Shown: piece by piece, positions 37,692 to 47,944 of the stretch
Position numbering within the stretch: the stretch's first letter is position 1
Layout: each line of letters begins with the position of its first letter
DNA from: Minisyncoccota bacterium
GTDB taxonomy: Bacteria > Patescibacteriota > Minisyncoccia > Phycocordibacterales > UBA9973
Assembly (NCBI GenBank): GCA_017991395.1
Contig: JAGOQQ010000005.1
Location: forward strand, 4,726 to 68,725
DNA length: 64,000 nt
Direction: 5' to 3'
Made by a program: the position numbers and the translations under genes
Notes under the pieces: generated by a model
What the model was told of the DNA's origin: nothing
What the model saw: the letters and a program-made list of their open reading frames with translations, nothing else
Database searches by the model: none

Positions 37692-40355
37692 TTAAGATTG
37701 AGTTAGGAGTGCGCGCACTTTAATATTGTCAGCTAATGATGTTGGAGTGTATCGAATATATGTTGTTTCGTTGAGCTTGTCAGTAGAATCGTACGAGCCC
37801 CATGCAGCACCATCATTTGTAGATTTTTGAAATGAACCTAGTGGTACTCCAGCGTCCGTGGTGTCAGTGAGTAACAATGCTCCAGTTTCAGCATTGTATA
37901 AACGAATTTTAAGTGCAGGAACAGTACCTCCAAATGCAGTTGAAAATCTCCATGCAAATATTTTACTACTTATTGAAGATTGTCCAACTGAAGGCTGGTA
38001 GTGACTGTCTGTCGTATTGTCTTCATATGTACAGCAAATACTATACACTCTATTTGGGAGACATAGTGCACCAATTGTTCGAAACTCTATTGCAAACTGA
38101 ATATTTGCACCCGGTGACGCAGCTGACAAATCACCCGTCTTGTCCACGAGTGTCCACGCACCTGAATCATCATCTATTCCTGAAGTCCTATAATAAATTC
38201 GTATAGGCTCTGTAGGCATCGTGAGACCTGCGTCTCCAAGATATCCTGCAGTGCTCACATATACACGCGAAAGCACTTCAGCGTTGGTAGTAAGCATTGA
38301 AGGTGTAATGAGTCGTTGGTTGACGGTCCCATCAGCATATTCCCAATCAGCACCCAGTGGCACTGTATACATTACGTTTGTAGTTGCAGCTGTTCCTGTA
38401 CGCACCATATACACAAGTCCTGCCTGTGACCACACAGAAAGAAGTGCACCCTGAGGATTTGGATGTGGAACAGAACTATTGTCCGCTGCCGATTGATCTT
38501 GCTGACCAGTATCTGCGAGAAACATATGATCAAATTCATATGAACCCGATGCGTCATATTTTGTAATATACGCGCGACGATGAGCCGTGGTGGCACCAGC
38601 TCCTGTTGAGGTCACAATAAGCCTATCAATCTGGTCTGCAATCTCAACACTTGCCAACAATGAAGACAGAGTATATGTTCCTGATCCTCCTGTTGGGACT
38701 TCTGTCATAGAATCAGAAACCCACGAGGCACTTCCTTGCACAATATCAGTCAACGGTGCGCGATGAATTCTTGTGGTAGATGCAAAATAAAGACATTTAA
38801 TACCAGAACCTGGACCATGAGAAAGTGTGCCAATACGCCCATTGTTTGCCTGAGAGACAGTACCTGTAACTGTTTGTGTTGCTGTATGAAGAACCCATGC
38901 AGACGCTGTCTTGCCTCCCTGTATTCCACCTAAAGTTGTTAAGTCTGTTCTAAAATTGTATTTGTATACCTGCGGAGTTGTAGCTGCTTGAAGCTCAATT
39001 ATATACGCATACTGCGTAGTCCAATTCACCCTATCATCCAAAGCAAGTCCACAAGAAATACCGTTTCCTCCTACAATGACATACGCAGATCCACCGGGCA
39101 CAGTAGTTGCTGATGAAATAGTAAGACCAGTAGTAGACCCAACCGCAGTAATGGTAAACCAATCAGTAATGGCAGATGGAGTGGTTGATCCAAATCCAAT
39201 TTTACATCCCAAATACAATGCAGCTGTCCAAGCAGTACCAACACCTGTAACAGCAGTGGTTCCTGGTACGGTCACAGTTCCTGTTGCATACACAGAATCA
39301 AGATCTACCAAACTATACGCAGCCTTTGCTTTGTCCACTGTTGTTGCAGCAGAAATGGTAGTACCACCCACCACAAAATCGTCATATGATAGACCATTTA
39401 CGAGCGTTAGACCAGCTGATGCAATCACTGCAGCCGTGGTTGATGTGAGTACTTTGAAGTCTTCTATAACATACGCAGTACCTGCGGACACTGTAATATT
39501 TGCGGCAGTTCCTCCTGTTCCTGTTGCAGTAATATTTGATTGCAGAGTGAGTGAAGTGTCAGAACCAACAGCGTTTATGTAATACCAAGTTGCTATCTGT
39601 GTTGGATCAGTACTTCCAAAACCAATCCGTGAACCAATTGCAATACGATCAGCCGACCATGTAGTACCAGACCCCGTGACTGTGGCACCAGAGACTTCTG
39701 CTGTACCTGTAGTATATGTATCATACACAACGCGCATACCTCGAATCGTCTGTACACCTCCACCTGTTGGATAAGTGATTGTAATAAAACCTCTCCAAGT
39801 AAAAAGCGATGTCAATCTGTCATAAACAAAACAAGAAATACGTCGAGTTGTGGCAGCTGTCGCTATATCAGCCAAAAAAACCCAATCTTTTTTGACTTCT
39901 TTATTGATTACAAAAGAAGTTCCACCTGCGATAGTTCCCGCAGAAGCAGAGAGTGTGAGAGATGTCGCAGAATCGATTGCGGTAATTGTATACCACGTTG
40001 TAATTTCTGCTATGTTTGTCGAACCAAATCCAATTCGAGCACCAATTGGAACACCGTCTGCGAGCCACCCAGTACCAGAACCGGTCACTGCTGTTCCTGA
40101 AACAGCAACTGTACCAGTGGAATACAAACCTTCTTTGTTTACCCATGAGATTACGTGTGGGTATGTAGAAGGTATAGATGTTCCAGTTTCAAAAGGACGA
40201 CCAACACCTATGGTCATTGGTCCAATATAATTGTCCTCTGCCGAGGCGCCAGAATATTGCTCAATCAAATCTCCCATCATTGTAAATGATGAATCGTAGG
40301 AATCATACGGTACTGTTGTCCCAGTAAATACGTGTTCAATTGCTCTTTTTGCCAT
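37692..40355 (-). CDS. giant Thr/Gly/Ala/Ser-rich repeat protein (putative surface or fibre-like protein)
   Basis: The 887-aa product has three ~60-aa internal repeats (TGTVAVSGTAVTGSGTGW...IGFGST....ITTWYTITAIDS). There is no obvious signal peptide. Confidence 0.55.
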   Translation of the reverse strand: MAKRAIEHVFTGTTVPYDSYDSSFTMMGDLIEQYSGASAEDNYIGPMTIGVGRPFETGTSIPSTYPHVISWVNKEGLYSTGTVAVSGTAVTGSGTGWLADGVPIGARIGFGSTNIAEITTWYTITAIDSATSLTLSASAGTIAGGTSFVINKEVKKDWVFLADIATAATTRRISCFVYDRLTSLFTWRGFITITYPTGGGVQTIRGMRVVYDTYTTGTAEVSGATVTGSGTTWSADRIAIGSRIGFGSTDPTQIATWYYINAVGSDTSLTLQSNITATGTGGTAANITVSAGTAYVIEDFKVLTSTTAAVIASAGLTLVNGLSYDDFVVGGTTISAATTVDKAKAAYSLVDLDSVYATGTVTVPGTTAVTGVGTAWTAALYLGCKIGFGSTTPSAITDWFTITAVGSTTGLTISSATTVPGGSAYVIVGGNGISCGLALDDRVNWTTQYAYIIELQAATTPQVYKYNFRTDLTTLGGIQGGKTASAWVLHTATQTVTGTVSQANNGRIGTLSHGPGSGIKCLYFASTTRIHRAPLTDIVQGSASWVSDSMTEVPTGGSGTYTLSSLLASVEIADQIDRLIVTSTGAGATTAHRRAYITKYDASGSYEFDHMFLADTGQQDQSAADNSSVPHPNPQGALLSVWSQAGLVYMVRTGTAATTNVMYTVPLGADWEYADGTVNQRLITPSMLTTNAEVLSRVYVSTAGYLGDAGLTMPTEPIRIYYRTSGIDDDSGAWTLVDKTGDLSAASPGANIQFAIEFRTIGALCLPNRVYSICCTYEDNTTDSHYQPSVGQSSISSKIFAWRFSTAFGGTVPALKIRLYNAETGALLLTDTTDAGVPLGSFQKSTNDGAAWGSYDSTDKLNETTYIRYTPTSLADNIKVRALLTQS

Positions 40356-40367
40356 ATATAATAAAAA

Positions 40368-41018
40368 TTACACTTCTAAATAATCAATGTTAATTTGCAC
40401 AGTAGTTGTTCCTGATATTACACAGTATAACACCTCGTCAACACCACCCTCAATATAATTTGGATGATTGTTTGCCCCATACAGTCCACCAGTCTTGGGT
40501 GAGACATATTTTTCATGATCTGTACCACCTGCAGTAAATCGAAATGATACGGATGTCGCATCGGCAGTAAGAGAAAAACGTGATGCATACACACGAATTT
40601 TATTTCCAGAACCAGGTGTCAGCACATTTCCAGAAGCTGCGAGGTTTAATGAGAGCTTGCTGACACTTTGTCCTGCAATGAGCGCACTCACTGTCTCTTC
40701 TGTTGCAGGATTGATACGAGTATTGGAAGCATTTTTAACTCCTACCACATTTGAGGTCGGAGTACTTCCTGCGACATACGCCTTTGCACTCTTGGGAAGT
40801 ACAGAGGATGCAATAAGTCCAAGCCCGGTAAGTCCTGCAACCTTCAAAAAAATTCTTTTATTGTTATCTGCGGGATTTTCTTGTTCGGATAATACTTTGG
40901 ATTTTTTCTTAGATAGACGAACCTGTGAAGTCACCGGAGTATCAGAAACAATCACTTTTTGATTAAGTGATTTAGAGGACACCAATTTGAAAGAATATTT
41001 AGAATCTAAAAATCGCAT
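40368..41018 (-). CDS. hypothetical secreted protein
   Basis: It has an internal hydrophobic segment (IFLKVAGLTGLGLIASSVL). It is co-directional with and adjacent to the giant repeat protein. Confidence 0.5.
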   Translation of the reverse strand: MRFLDSKYSFKLVSSKSLNQKVIVSDTPVTSQVRLSKKKSKVLSEQENPADNNKRIFLKVAGLTGLGLIASSVLPKSAKAYVAGSTPTSNVVGVKNASNTRINPATEETVSALIAGQSVSKLSLNLAASGNVLTPGSGNKIRVYASRFSLTADATSVSFRFTAGGTDHEKYVSPKTGGLYGANNHPNYIEGGVDEVLYCVISGTTTVQINIDYLEV

Positions 41019-41098
41019 ACACTACACTTCTTATTCTACTACACACTAGTTTTTATACAATGAAAAATCCCCACAATGTGGGGATTTTTCATTGTGGA

Positions 41099-41329
41099 CT
41101 ATTTTCCACCCATCAATTTTTGGAGTTCGGCTTGATACTTTTGCATTACCACCATAGTTGCGTTTGACTGAGGCATTCCACCTTTTGTTTTTTCTTGGAT
41201 TTCTTTACCAATCTTTTCAAAAAGTTCTGGATTTTCAGTCACAAGTTTTATAATTCTCTCCTGTTCAGCCTCTGGTACTCCCTTGAGCTGACGTTTGAGC
41301 ATTTGCTTCATTAAAAAATTCTTAAACAT
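41099..41329 (-). CDS. small hypothetical protein (76 aa)
   Basis: I chose the internal Met start MFKNFLMKQMLKRQ. The longer track ORF would overlap the convergent signal-peptide gene. Confidence 0.4.
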   Translation of the reverse strand: MFKNFLMKQMLKRQLKGVPEAEQERIIKLVTENPELFEKIGKEIQEKTKGGMPQSNATMVVMQKYQAELQKLMGGK

Positions 41330-41414
41330 TTCATCATTGTATAGCAAAAATCTAATTTCGTACAACTTGACTATGTGATGTTTTAGTCTATAATCACAAG
41401 TCAAAACGAACCTT

Positions 41415-41882
41415 ATGAAAAAAATACACATAGTACTACTCTTGCTTCTACTTCCGCTATACACGCATGCCCAGGAAAAACCTCCAGGACTCACGTATAT
41501 TGATTCTATCAATTTGTCTGTGCAGTCTACCGCACTTGAACTTGCCATGTTTGAATGCCTTCCAGAATCAGACAGTGGCGAGCTTGAAATCATACCAATT
41601 GGAAGCATGTACTTCTGTGTTGTCCAATGTATTTCAAATGATAAATTATTTCAATTTGAGTACGAAAGTAGTTCATGGATTAATATACCATTACCCTCAC
41701 TACAAGATCCTGAAGTCGCAACAATTCGAAAAGTGAAATCACTTTTTCAAAAAAACGGACAGATTTTTATCACACTCCACTGGTCCGGTGCTGAAATTCG
41801 AGGATATGATGATGAACGTCCGTATGTATATGAAGACAAGACATTTACACTGTCTTATTTGCAACAATTGGTGAAGAAATAA
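41415..41882 (+). CDS. hypothetical secreted protein
   Basis: It has a clear signal peptide (MKKIHIVLLLLLLPLYTHAQE). Confidence 0.55.
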   Translation: MKKIHIVLLLLLLPLYTHAQEKPPGLTYIDSINLSVQSTALELAMFECLPESDSGELEIIPIGSMYFCVVQCISNDKLFQFEYESSSWINIPLPSLQDPEVATIRKVKSLFQKNGQIFITLHWSGAEIRGYDDERPYVYEDKTFTLSYLQQLVKK

Positions 41883-41914
41883 CGTGAAAGCGCCCGAGTA
41901 TACGGGCGCTTCTT

Positions 41915-42142
41915 TTATTCTGCAGATGGAAGTTCTTCTTTAAAATTTTCCACTTCACATCCACCATTTTCTTTACACAATCCTCCACAATGTACACACG
42001 CAGTCATTATTCCTGGATGAGTGTTATCCGCACAATCACACTCTACAAGAGGCTTGTCGTGTCGCGGACAAGTATCCGCTGTACACACTCCTGGTTCTGG
42101 GGCAACTCCGTTACATCCACCGCTACATACATAATGAGACAT
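41915..42142 (-). CDS. small cysteine-rich protein (12 Cys in 75 aa), putative metal-binding
   Basis: It carries CSGGC, CTADTCPRH, CDC, CVHCGGLC and GGC motifs. Confidence 0.5.
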   Translation of the reverse strand: MSHYVCSGGCNGVAPEPGVCTADTCPRHDKPLVECDCADNTHPGIMTACVHCGGLCKENGGCEVENFKEELPSAE

Positions 42143-42220
42143 AATTAGTTTATAGTTTTAAGTTGATAGTTTATAGAATGAATGCGACCACAAACTTCTA
42201 TGTTATAAAGTATAACAAAT

Positions 42221-42829
42221 ATGTATACTATACCCATGACAAACGGTGAAAAACTCACACATCTCCAAATTGGCTGGCATACGCGAAACACCTGCCCGCT
42301 CAAAAAATTCGCTATACAACCAGTCTTTGGCGAAGGCAATCCTGAGGCAGATATTGTATTCATCGGCGAAGCCCCGGGAAAACTTGAAGATATTGAAGGA
42401 AGACCATTTGTGGGATCATCAGGAAAGTTTCTTTCTGAAATGCTTAGTTCAATAAAAATAGAAAGAGAGAGCGTGTATATCACCAATATGGTAAAGTATC
42501 GTCCGCCAAACAATCGGGACCCACTTCCACTTGAAAAAAATGCGTGCAAAGGATGGCTGATTGATGAGCTCAATTTTATACAACCAAAACTAATTGTTTT
42601 TCTTGGTCGACACGCAATGAGCAATTTTTTTCCTGAAGAAAAGATAAGTGAAGTACATGGAAAGCTCCTTACGAAAAAATTTACGAATCTCGCGACCTCA
42701 CACTTTCTTCCGCTCTATCATCCAGCGTCTGCCCTCTACAATGGTGGGTTGCGCGCTACACTAAAAAAAGACTTCAAAAAAATTCCTGCATTTTTGAAAA
42801 AAATTATATCGCGAACGCACGCGGACTAG
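42221..42829 (+). CDS. udg: uracil-DNA glycosylase, family 4
   Basis: It contains [17 protein letters not shown] and [12 protein letters not shown]. The last 5 codons and the stop are supplied by the TCCGCG repeat array. Confidence 0.8.
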   Translation: MYTIPMTNGEKLTHLQIGWHTRNTCPLKKFAIQPVFGEGNPEADIVFIGEAPGKLEDIEGRPFVGSSGKFLSEMLSSIKIERESVYITNMVKYRPPNNRDPLPLEKNACKGWLIDELNFIQPKLIVFLGRHAMSNFFPEEKISEVHGKLLTKKFTNLATSHFLPLYHPASALYNGGLRATLKKDFKKIPAFLKKIISRTHAD

Positions 42830-43053
42830 ACGCGAACCTAACGCTGACAGATACATTCACAGTCTTTAGTGTTTAGTTGTTAGTCTTTAGTGAATTTCTG
42901 TATTGTGTCATCCTGAACTTGTTTCAGGAACTCAAGGTTTTTAATTCATTCTTACCCCTCTGCCCTTCGGGCACCTCCCCTCAAGGGGAGGCTTCATACA
43001 TCCGCGTCCATCTGCGTAAAGTCAGCGTTTAGTCTGCGTTAGTTCGCGTCTTA
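42830..43053. repeat. mosaic intergenic repeat block
   Basis: It holds a TCCGCG-type 11-bp array (42811-42850), an ACTAAAGACTN 11-bp array (42859-42893) and the hairpin gtgtcatcctgaacttgtttcagga (42905-42933). It also holds the hairpins gcccttcgggc and cctcccctcaaggggagg (42975-42992) and a second GCG 11-bp array (43009-43053). Confidence 0.75.
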
Positions 43054-44289
43054 TTATTTCCGTACTCGATACTTCCACCCTTCCACAAACAAACTAAAGA
43101 ATTTGAGTGGTGCGACAATGCCTGCAAAATACACGAAGTCAATTGCGTGACGAATAAAATATCCCAATCCTCCATAAATTTTTATTGGGCCGTACACAAA
43201 CACACCCCAGTCATTACCCACTGGAATCGAGAGCGCAACCTTCTTCGGTGAATACAGTGCGCGGTTTTTGATACCACGAATCTGTCCCAAAATTTGTTTT
43301 GCGACGAATGCACCATCATACATTGCCGTCTGTGCAAGGCCACTATATTTTGTATTTGCCGCATCACCGACTATATATACATTGGTATGACCATGTGCTT
43401 GCAAATACTCATCGACAACCACCCTTTTATTATCAGCAAATTCGAGTCCGTTTATTTGTGAATATATTCGACTCAATCGAGTTCCTGCTGTCCAAATAAC
43501 CGTCTTTGCTTTTAGTGACATATCTTTCATAAAAACCTGTTCCACTTCCTCACGCTCGAGACGTCGATTGAGAAAAATATTCACACCGAGTTTTCGTAGT
43601 TGTGCAAGAATTTTTTCTGACACATCAGGAGGTAGCTGTGGTACCACTCGTGGATTTGACTCAATAAGATCAACGGTGATAAATGACGGATCTACCTCAG
43701 TAAGTTTGGCAATTTTTTTCATAAAAATAGCGAGGTCGCCCGCAACTTCTACGCCAGAAGGCCCTCCACCCACCACAACAATATGAAAATGTGACACGAG
43801 TTCATTTTGCGATGGATGCGTATGTGTTTTGAAAAGAGTTGTAATATGTTCCTTCAAACGATTTGCTTCTTTGATTGATTTGAAACCAAATGACATTGTG
43901 TCGAGTCCTGGCACATCAAAATACGTCGTCTCACTCCCCATCGCAAGCACAAGATAATCCGCAATATACTCACCTGTGTCTTGGCAGACAACTTTTTTTC
44001 CTATAACATCTACAGACGTCACTGTATCAATAAGTATTTCAACATTACTTGGAACCATTTCTTCAAGTGGTATCGCCACTTCAATTGGCGAAGAACCAGT
44101 GACTACACGATATAGCCCTGGATAATATTCAAAATAAGACTTGTTTGAAATCAAAGTCACCTTCACCGAACTTCCGACTCTAAATGCAATCCGTCGAGCT
44201 GTTTCAATACCAGCAAATCCTCCCCCAACCACAATCACCCGAGTTACCAATGAATTTTGTGTCATAGATAAAAAAAGTATACCATGCAC
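43054..44289 (-). CDS. ndh: type II NADH dehydrogenase / FAD-dependent pyridine nucleotide-disulfide oxidoreductase
   Basis: It has two Rossmann GxGxxG motifs (VVGGGFAGIE and VVGGGPSGVE). Confidence 0.75.
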   Translation of the reverse strand: MHGILFLSMTQNSLVTRVIVVGGGFAGIETARRIAFRVGSSVKVTLISNKSYFEYYPGLYRVVTGSSPIEVAIPLEEMVPSNVEILIDTVTSVDVIGKKVVCQDTGEYIADYLVLAMGSETTYFDVPGLDTMSFGFKSIKEANRLKEHITTLFKTHTHPSQNELVSHFHIVVVGGGPSGVEVAGDLAIFMKKIAKLTEVDPSFITVDLIESNPRVVPQLPPDVSEKILAQLRKLGVNIFLNRRLEREEVEQVFMKDMSLKAKTVIWTAGTRLSRIYSQINGLEFADNKRVVVDEYLQAHGHTNVYIVGDAANTKYSGLAQTAMYDGAFVAKQILGQIRGIKNRALYSPKKVALSIPVGNDWGVFVYGPIKIYGGLGYFIRHAIDFVYFAGIVAPLKFFSLFVEGWKYRVRK

Positions 44290-45767
44290 TATTCGACTAG
44301 TGTAAATTCATCCGGATCATACTCATCAGCATCTTTTTCCTCCTTTGAAGTCCTTCTAATTCGAAATACAGCAACAACACCCACAATGAGCACAATCACA
44401 AACAATCCATAATATATAAGTTTTGAAAAATCTTTCGACATAGTGAGTGAATCAACTGCCGTGAGAGTATTTGCAGAAAGTGTATTTTCCGTGAGAGATG
44501 AGTCCCCTGAATCAACAGGATCAACTGGGCCAGACGATGCGACAATCGAATCACTCTCGCCTTTGACAGAAACAGTACTCACGCGTGCCACAGATTTTGT
44601 CGCAGTACTCGCACTTGTACCACCTGATGTGTTCGCAAGTGCAATCGTCGAACTTTTTGCTGACGCCACGACACCACTTGGATGAATAAGTGTTGCACTA
44701 TAGAGTGGACTAAATCCAAGAACTGAAGGTCGAAGGATAATTTTTTTACCTTTCATCAAAATTGTATTTTTCGGCAACACATACGAAGTACTTCCTGAAT
44801 GTATCTTCCACATCGACAAATCAATATCATCTCCTGTGGTGTTTGAAAGTTCAACTTTTGGCTCCGATGGAGTACCAAGAGACGTGATAAGCACACCACC
44901 ATCAGTCACAGAAATAATTTTCTTTATGACAATCTCCGGTGTAAATGCACCGCGTGATTTGTAGTACTCAAAATACACCACATACTCACCTGCGTCGTTG
45001 TAAATATGAGTAAATGGTAATCCATCAAAATATTCATGTACAGTACCATCTCCAAAATTCCACACATATCTTCCGGGCAATACTACTTTTCTTTCTGTGT
45101 TTACAATCAATGTCGAAAACTGTGTGGGCACACCTTTTGTAATTGGATCTTTGACACTAATTGTCCCCGCATAACGAGGAATCACATACTCTTTATCAAC
45201 CTCAATTTCTTCTTCCTCTGTTTCTTCTTCGTTTTCTTCTACTTCTGTTGTCGTTTTTGTATTTACACTTCCAGGTGTTGGCGTCCCTGGTGCAAGTACA
45301 TTTCCAAATGATCCAAGCGAATTTCCATCACCTGCACCACCTTGCGATTTTGTATAGGTTACCGAATCAATAACGTCATTGTTTGAATCCACAATCGAAA
45401 GTGAATCACCTTCATTTGCAAGTGCCATCACGGTATCAATAACTGTTCCCGAATACGACGGGTAATCATTTTTAAACACAGTCGCATTTGCTGCCAAAAT
45501 CACATACCCATTTGCCGGCACAGAAAGCGAACCAGCTCCGCCATTTACTGGCGGAGCATTGAGTCCGTGATTTGCCCCGTCGTTGAATTTGTATCCTTCA
45601 AGTGTTATTGAAGAAGATGAATCATTGTGTAGTTCAATCCATTCGTGATCTGTATCTGTACCTGCCAAATCATACATGATTTCATTTATACTCAAGCCTG
45701 CATGTGCATAGAGTGGCACACACCATACTCCAAGAGTTATATATACAAATACGAGAAACGATTTCAT
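44289..45767 (-). CDS. secreted lamin-tail-domain (LTD) protein with a C-terminal TM anchor
   Basis: It has a signal peptide. The LTD motif is INEIMYDLAGTDTDHEWIELHN...GY. It has a C-terminal TM and an acidic tail. Confidence 0.6.
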   Translation of the reverse strand: MKSFLVFVYITLGVWCVPLYAHAGLSINEIMYDLAGTDTDHEWIELHNDSSSSITLEGYKFNDGANHGLNAPPVNGGAGSLSVPANGYVILAANATVFKNDYPSYSGTVIDTVMALANEGDSLSIVDSNNDVIDSVTYTKSQGGAGDGNSLGSFGNVLAPGTPTPGSVNTKTTTEVEENEEETEEEEIEVDKEYVIPRYAGTISVKDPITKGVPTQFSTLIVNTERKVVLPGRYVWNFGDGTVHEYFDGLPFTHIYNDAGEYVVYFEYYKSRGAFTPEIVIKKIISVTDGGVLITSLGTPSEPKVELSNTTGDDIDLSMWKIHSGSTSYVLPKNTILMKGKKIILRPSVLGFSPLYSATLIHPSGVVASAKSSTIALANTSGGTSASTATKSVARVSTVSVKGESDSIVASSGPVDPVDSGDSSLTENTLSANTLTAVDSLTMSKDFSKLIYYGLFVIVLIVGVVAVFRIRRTSKEEKDADEYDPDEFTLVE

Positions 45768-45774
45768 ATCAGTA

Positions 45775-47880
45775 TTATGCAGACGTGCCTAAAATTTTTC
45801 GGAGTACGTCTTCGGGGACTTCTTTTCTTGTTTCGACTTTTGGTGGTGTGTGGTCGCTTTGTGGTGTAGAAATTTTCTCTTCACGTGTATGCACTGAAAA
45901 ACTTTCCTTTATTACTGTTTCTGAATTTTGTGTTTTTTCATCTCTGCGTACTGGAGTATCTTTTTTCATCACCCTACTCAAAAGTGCTTTGAGTTCTGCT
46001 TTTTTTTCTGCGGTTGGTTCTTTTTTTGAGGTATTGTTGAGAGTAGAAAGTGAGATTGATTCTACAGATTTTGTGGAAGTAGACACAAGAGACCCCTGTG
46101 TGACGGTGTGTTCAGTATTTTTCGTGTGCACTACATTTGATGTTCTTGGTGCCTCACTTTTCTCAACTCTTGGAGCTTGTGTTTCAAGAACACTCAGTAG
46201 CTCTTTAAGTTTTGGAGAATGTGGAGCATGTGTGTGCGCTGGCCGAGGATTGACTGACGCTGGCTTTCTCACATCTGTATTAGTGTGATTTTTGAACTGG
46301 TGTGGTGCTGGTGCGACACGAGGTGTTGGCGCTGGTGTTCGCGGTGGTTCTGGCCGCACAACCGGGCGCTCGTGACTAGTATCTCTGTGTGGTTTTGACT
46401 GAACTGGTGTTTGAGTTTGAGGTTGTGGCTCTGGTCGTGGTGCGATATTTTCAGTGATAGGATTTCGAATTGCAGTTTCAATTTTGCCTTGAAATGGTTT
46501 TCGCATACCTTCAACTCGTGGAGCATCATACTCTTTTTTAACACCCGCATCCCTTTCTTTGAGATCCTTTTCAGATTTTGAACTATCGCCATGCCAAGAA
46601 TTGATTTCATTCTCCACTTCTTCTTTTGGTCGAGCATAATTTCTCCGTGAGGCGTCAATCATTTTGTCGAGATACACAAACTCTGGCTTCGGCCACGGTG
46701 CAAGCGTATGGGCAGAAAATGGCTTTGATGTCATCCCGCCGATCATGAGTCGAAGATAAATCTGCGCGAAACCGAGGTTGGTCAAATCTTGTGCGGTAAA
46801 TGTCGGCGCAAATTCTTTTTCAAAAATTTCTGCATCAGAAGGTCCAATTCTAAAGGTCACCATGCTTCCGACGTTTCCAAGAATCGCATCACGCACTTCA
46901 TCTACCATTTGAGTCACATACTGGTTTGCGACAGTAAGACAGAGCTTGTACTTTCGAGCCTCAGATAGAATTTGCGCAAATGATTCGTTTGCAAAGTTTT
47001 GAAATTCGTCCACATAAAAATAAAATGGAGGAAGCTTGTCGATTTCACTTTGCGAAATTTCAGCACGAGACATTGCCGCAAGATAAATTTTGGTTACAAA
47101 CATACCGCCAAGAAGATTCATATTTTGTTCGCCAATTCTTCCCTTTGAAAGATTGATGATAAAAATCTTTTTCTTGTCCATGATTTCTCGAATATCAAAA
47201 GACGATGTGGGCTGGCCGATGATATTTCTAATCAACGGATTGAGTGTATATTGTCCGATTTTATTTTGAATTGCCGGAGTTGCCTCAGCCGCAAATTTGT
47301 CAGTATATTTTGCATATTCATCAACCCAAAAAGATTTTACGGCTGGGTCTTTGATATTGTCTACAATTTTCTTTCGAAATTCTTTGTCTGAATACATTTT
47401 GTTCACACCCATCAATGTAGATCCCGGATACTCAATAAGAGCAAGAAGTGTATTGTTCAAAATGTATTCCATACGCGCACTCCATGCGTCTTGCCAGATC
47501 TTTTTGAAAACACTCATGAGCCCAGACACCACAAGGTGGCGTTTGTCTACACCAATGTCTTCGAGTACATTAAATGACATCGGATACTCTGTATCAAATG
47601 GGGCAAAATAAATCACATCGTTGATTCTATCTTCAGGTACATACTCAAGTGCTTTTTCTGCAAGTGATCCGTGCGGGTCAATCACACACACACCTTCTCC
47701 ATTTTGGATATCTTGAATAACCAGATTTTCAAGCAGTGTTGATTTACCTGTACCAGTCTTACCGATGATGTACATATGTCGAGTACGGTCCTTGGCTTGA
47801 ATACCAAATTTTGTTTTCTTATTACGAAAATCCGTTTCGCCGAAGTATGTTACTTTTTTATCTGGATCAAAGTCGCTCAT
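45775..47880 (-). CDS. VirD4/TraD/TraG-like coupling-type ATPase (DUF87 AAA-like) with a long Pro-rich disordered C-terminal tail
   Basis: Walker A is IIGKTGTGKSTL. Walker B is FYFYVDEFQNF. The C-terminal ~280 aa are P/T/K-rich. Confidence 0.55.
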   Translation of the reverse strand: MSDFDPDKKVTYFGETDFRNKKTKFGIQAKDRTRHMYIIGKTGTGKSTLLENLVIQDIQNGEGVCVIDPHGSLAEKALEYVPEDRINDVIYFAPFDTEYPMSFNVLEDIGVDKRHLVVSGLMSVFKKIWQDAWSARMEYILNNTLLALIEYPGSTLMGVNKMYSDKEFRKKIVDNIKDPAVKSFWVDEYAKYTDKFAAEATPAIQNKIGQYTLNPLIRNIIGQPTSSFDIREIMDKKKIFIINLSKGRIGEQNMNLLGGMFVTKIYLAAMSRAEISQSEIDKLPPFYFYVDEFQNFANESFAQILSEARKYKLCLTVANQYVTQMVDEVRDAILGNVGSMVTFRIGPSDAEIFEKEFAPTFTAQDLTNLGFAQIYLRLMIGGMTSKPFSAHTLAPWPKPEFVYLDKMIDASRRNYARPKEEVENEINSWHGDSSKSEKDLKERDAGVKKEYDAPRVEGMRKPFQGKIETAIRNPITENIAPRPEPQPQTQTPVQSKPHRDTSHERPVVRPEPPRTPAPTPRVAPAPHQFKNHTNTDVRKPASVNPRPAHTHAPHSPKLKELLSVLETQAPRVEKSEAPRTSNVVHTKNTEHTVTQGSLVSTSTKSVESISLSTLNNTSKKEPTAEKKAELKALLSRVMKKDTPVRRDEKTQNSETVIKESFSVHTREEKISTPQSDHTPPKVETRKEVPEDVLRKILGTSA

Positions 47881-47944
47881 TACTTCAAATTATAGTATAT
47901 AAATGCAATAAAAAACACTCGCACAACTGTGGAGTGAAATTTAT

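Noticed and set aside
41330-41608. N-terminal 93-aa extension of the ORF at 41099-41608
   Set aside because: It would overlap the convergent signal-peptide gene at 41415-41882. The internal Met gives a compact 76-aa protein.
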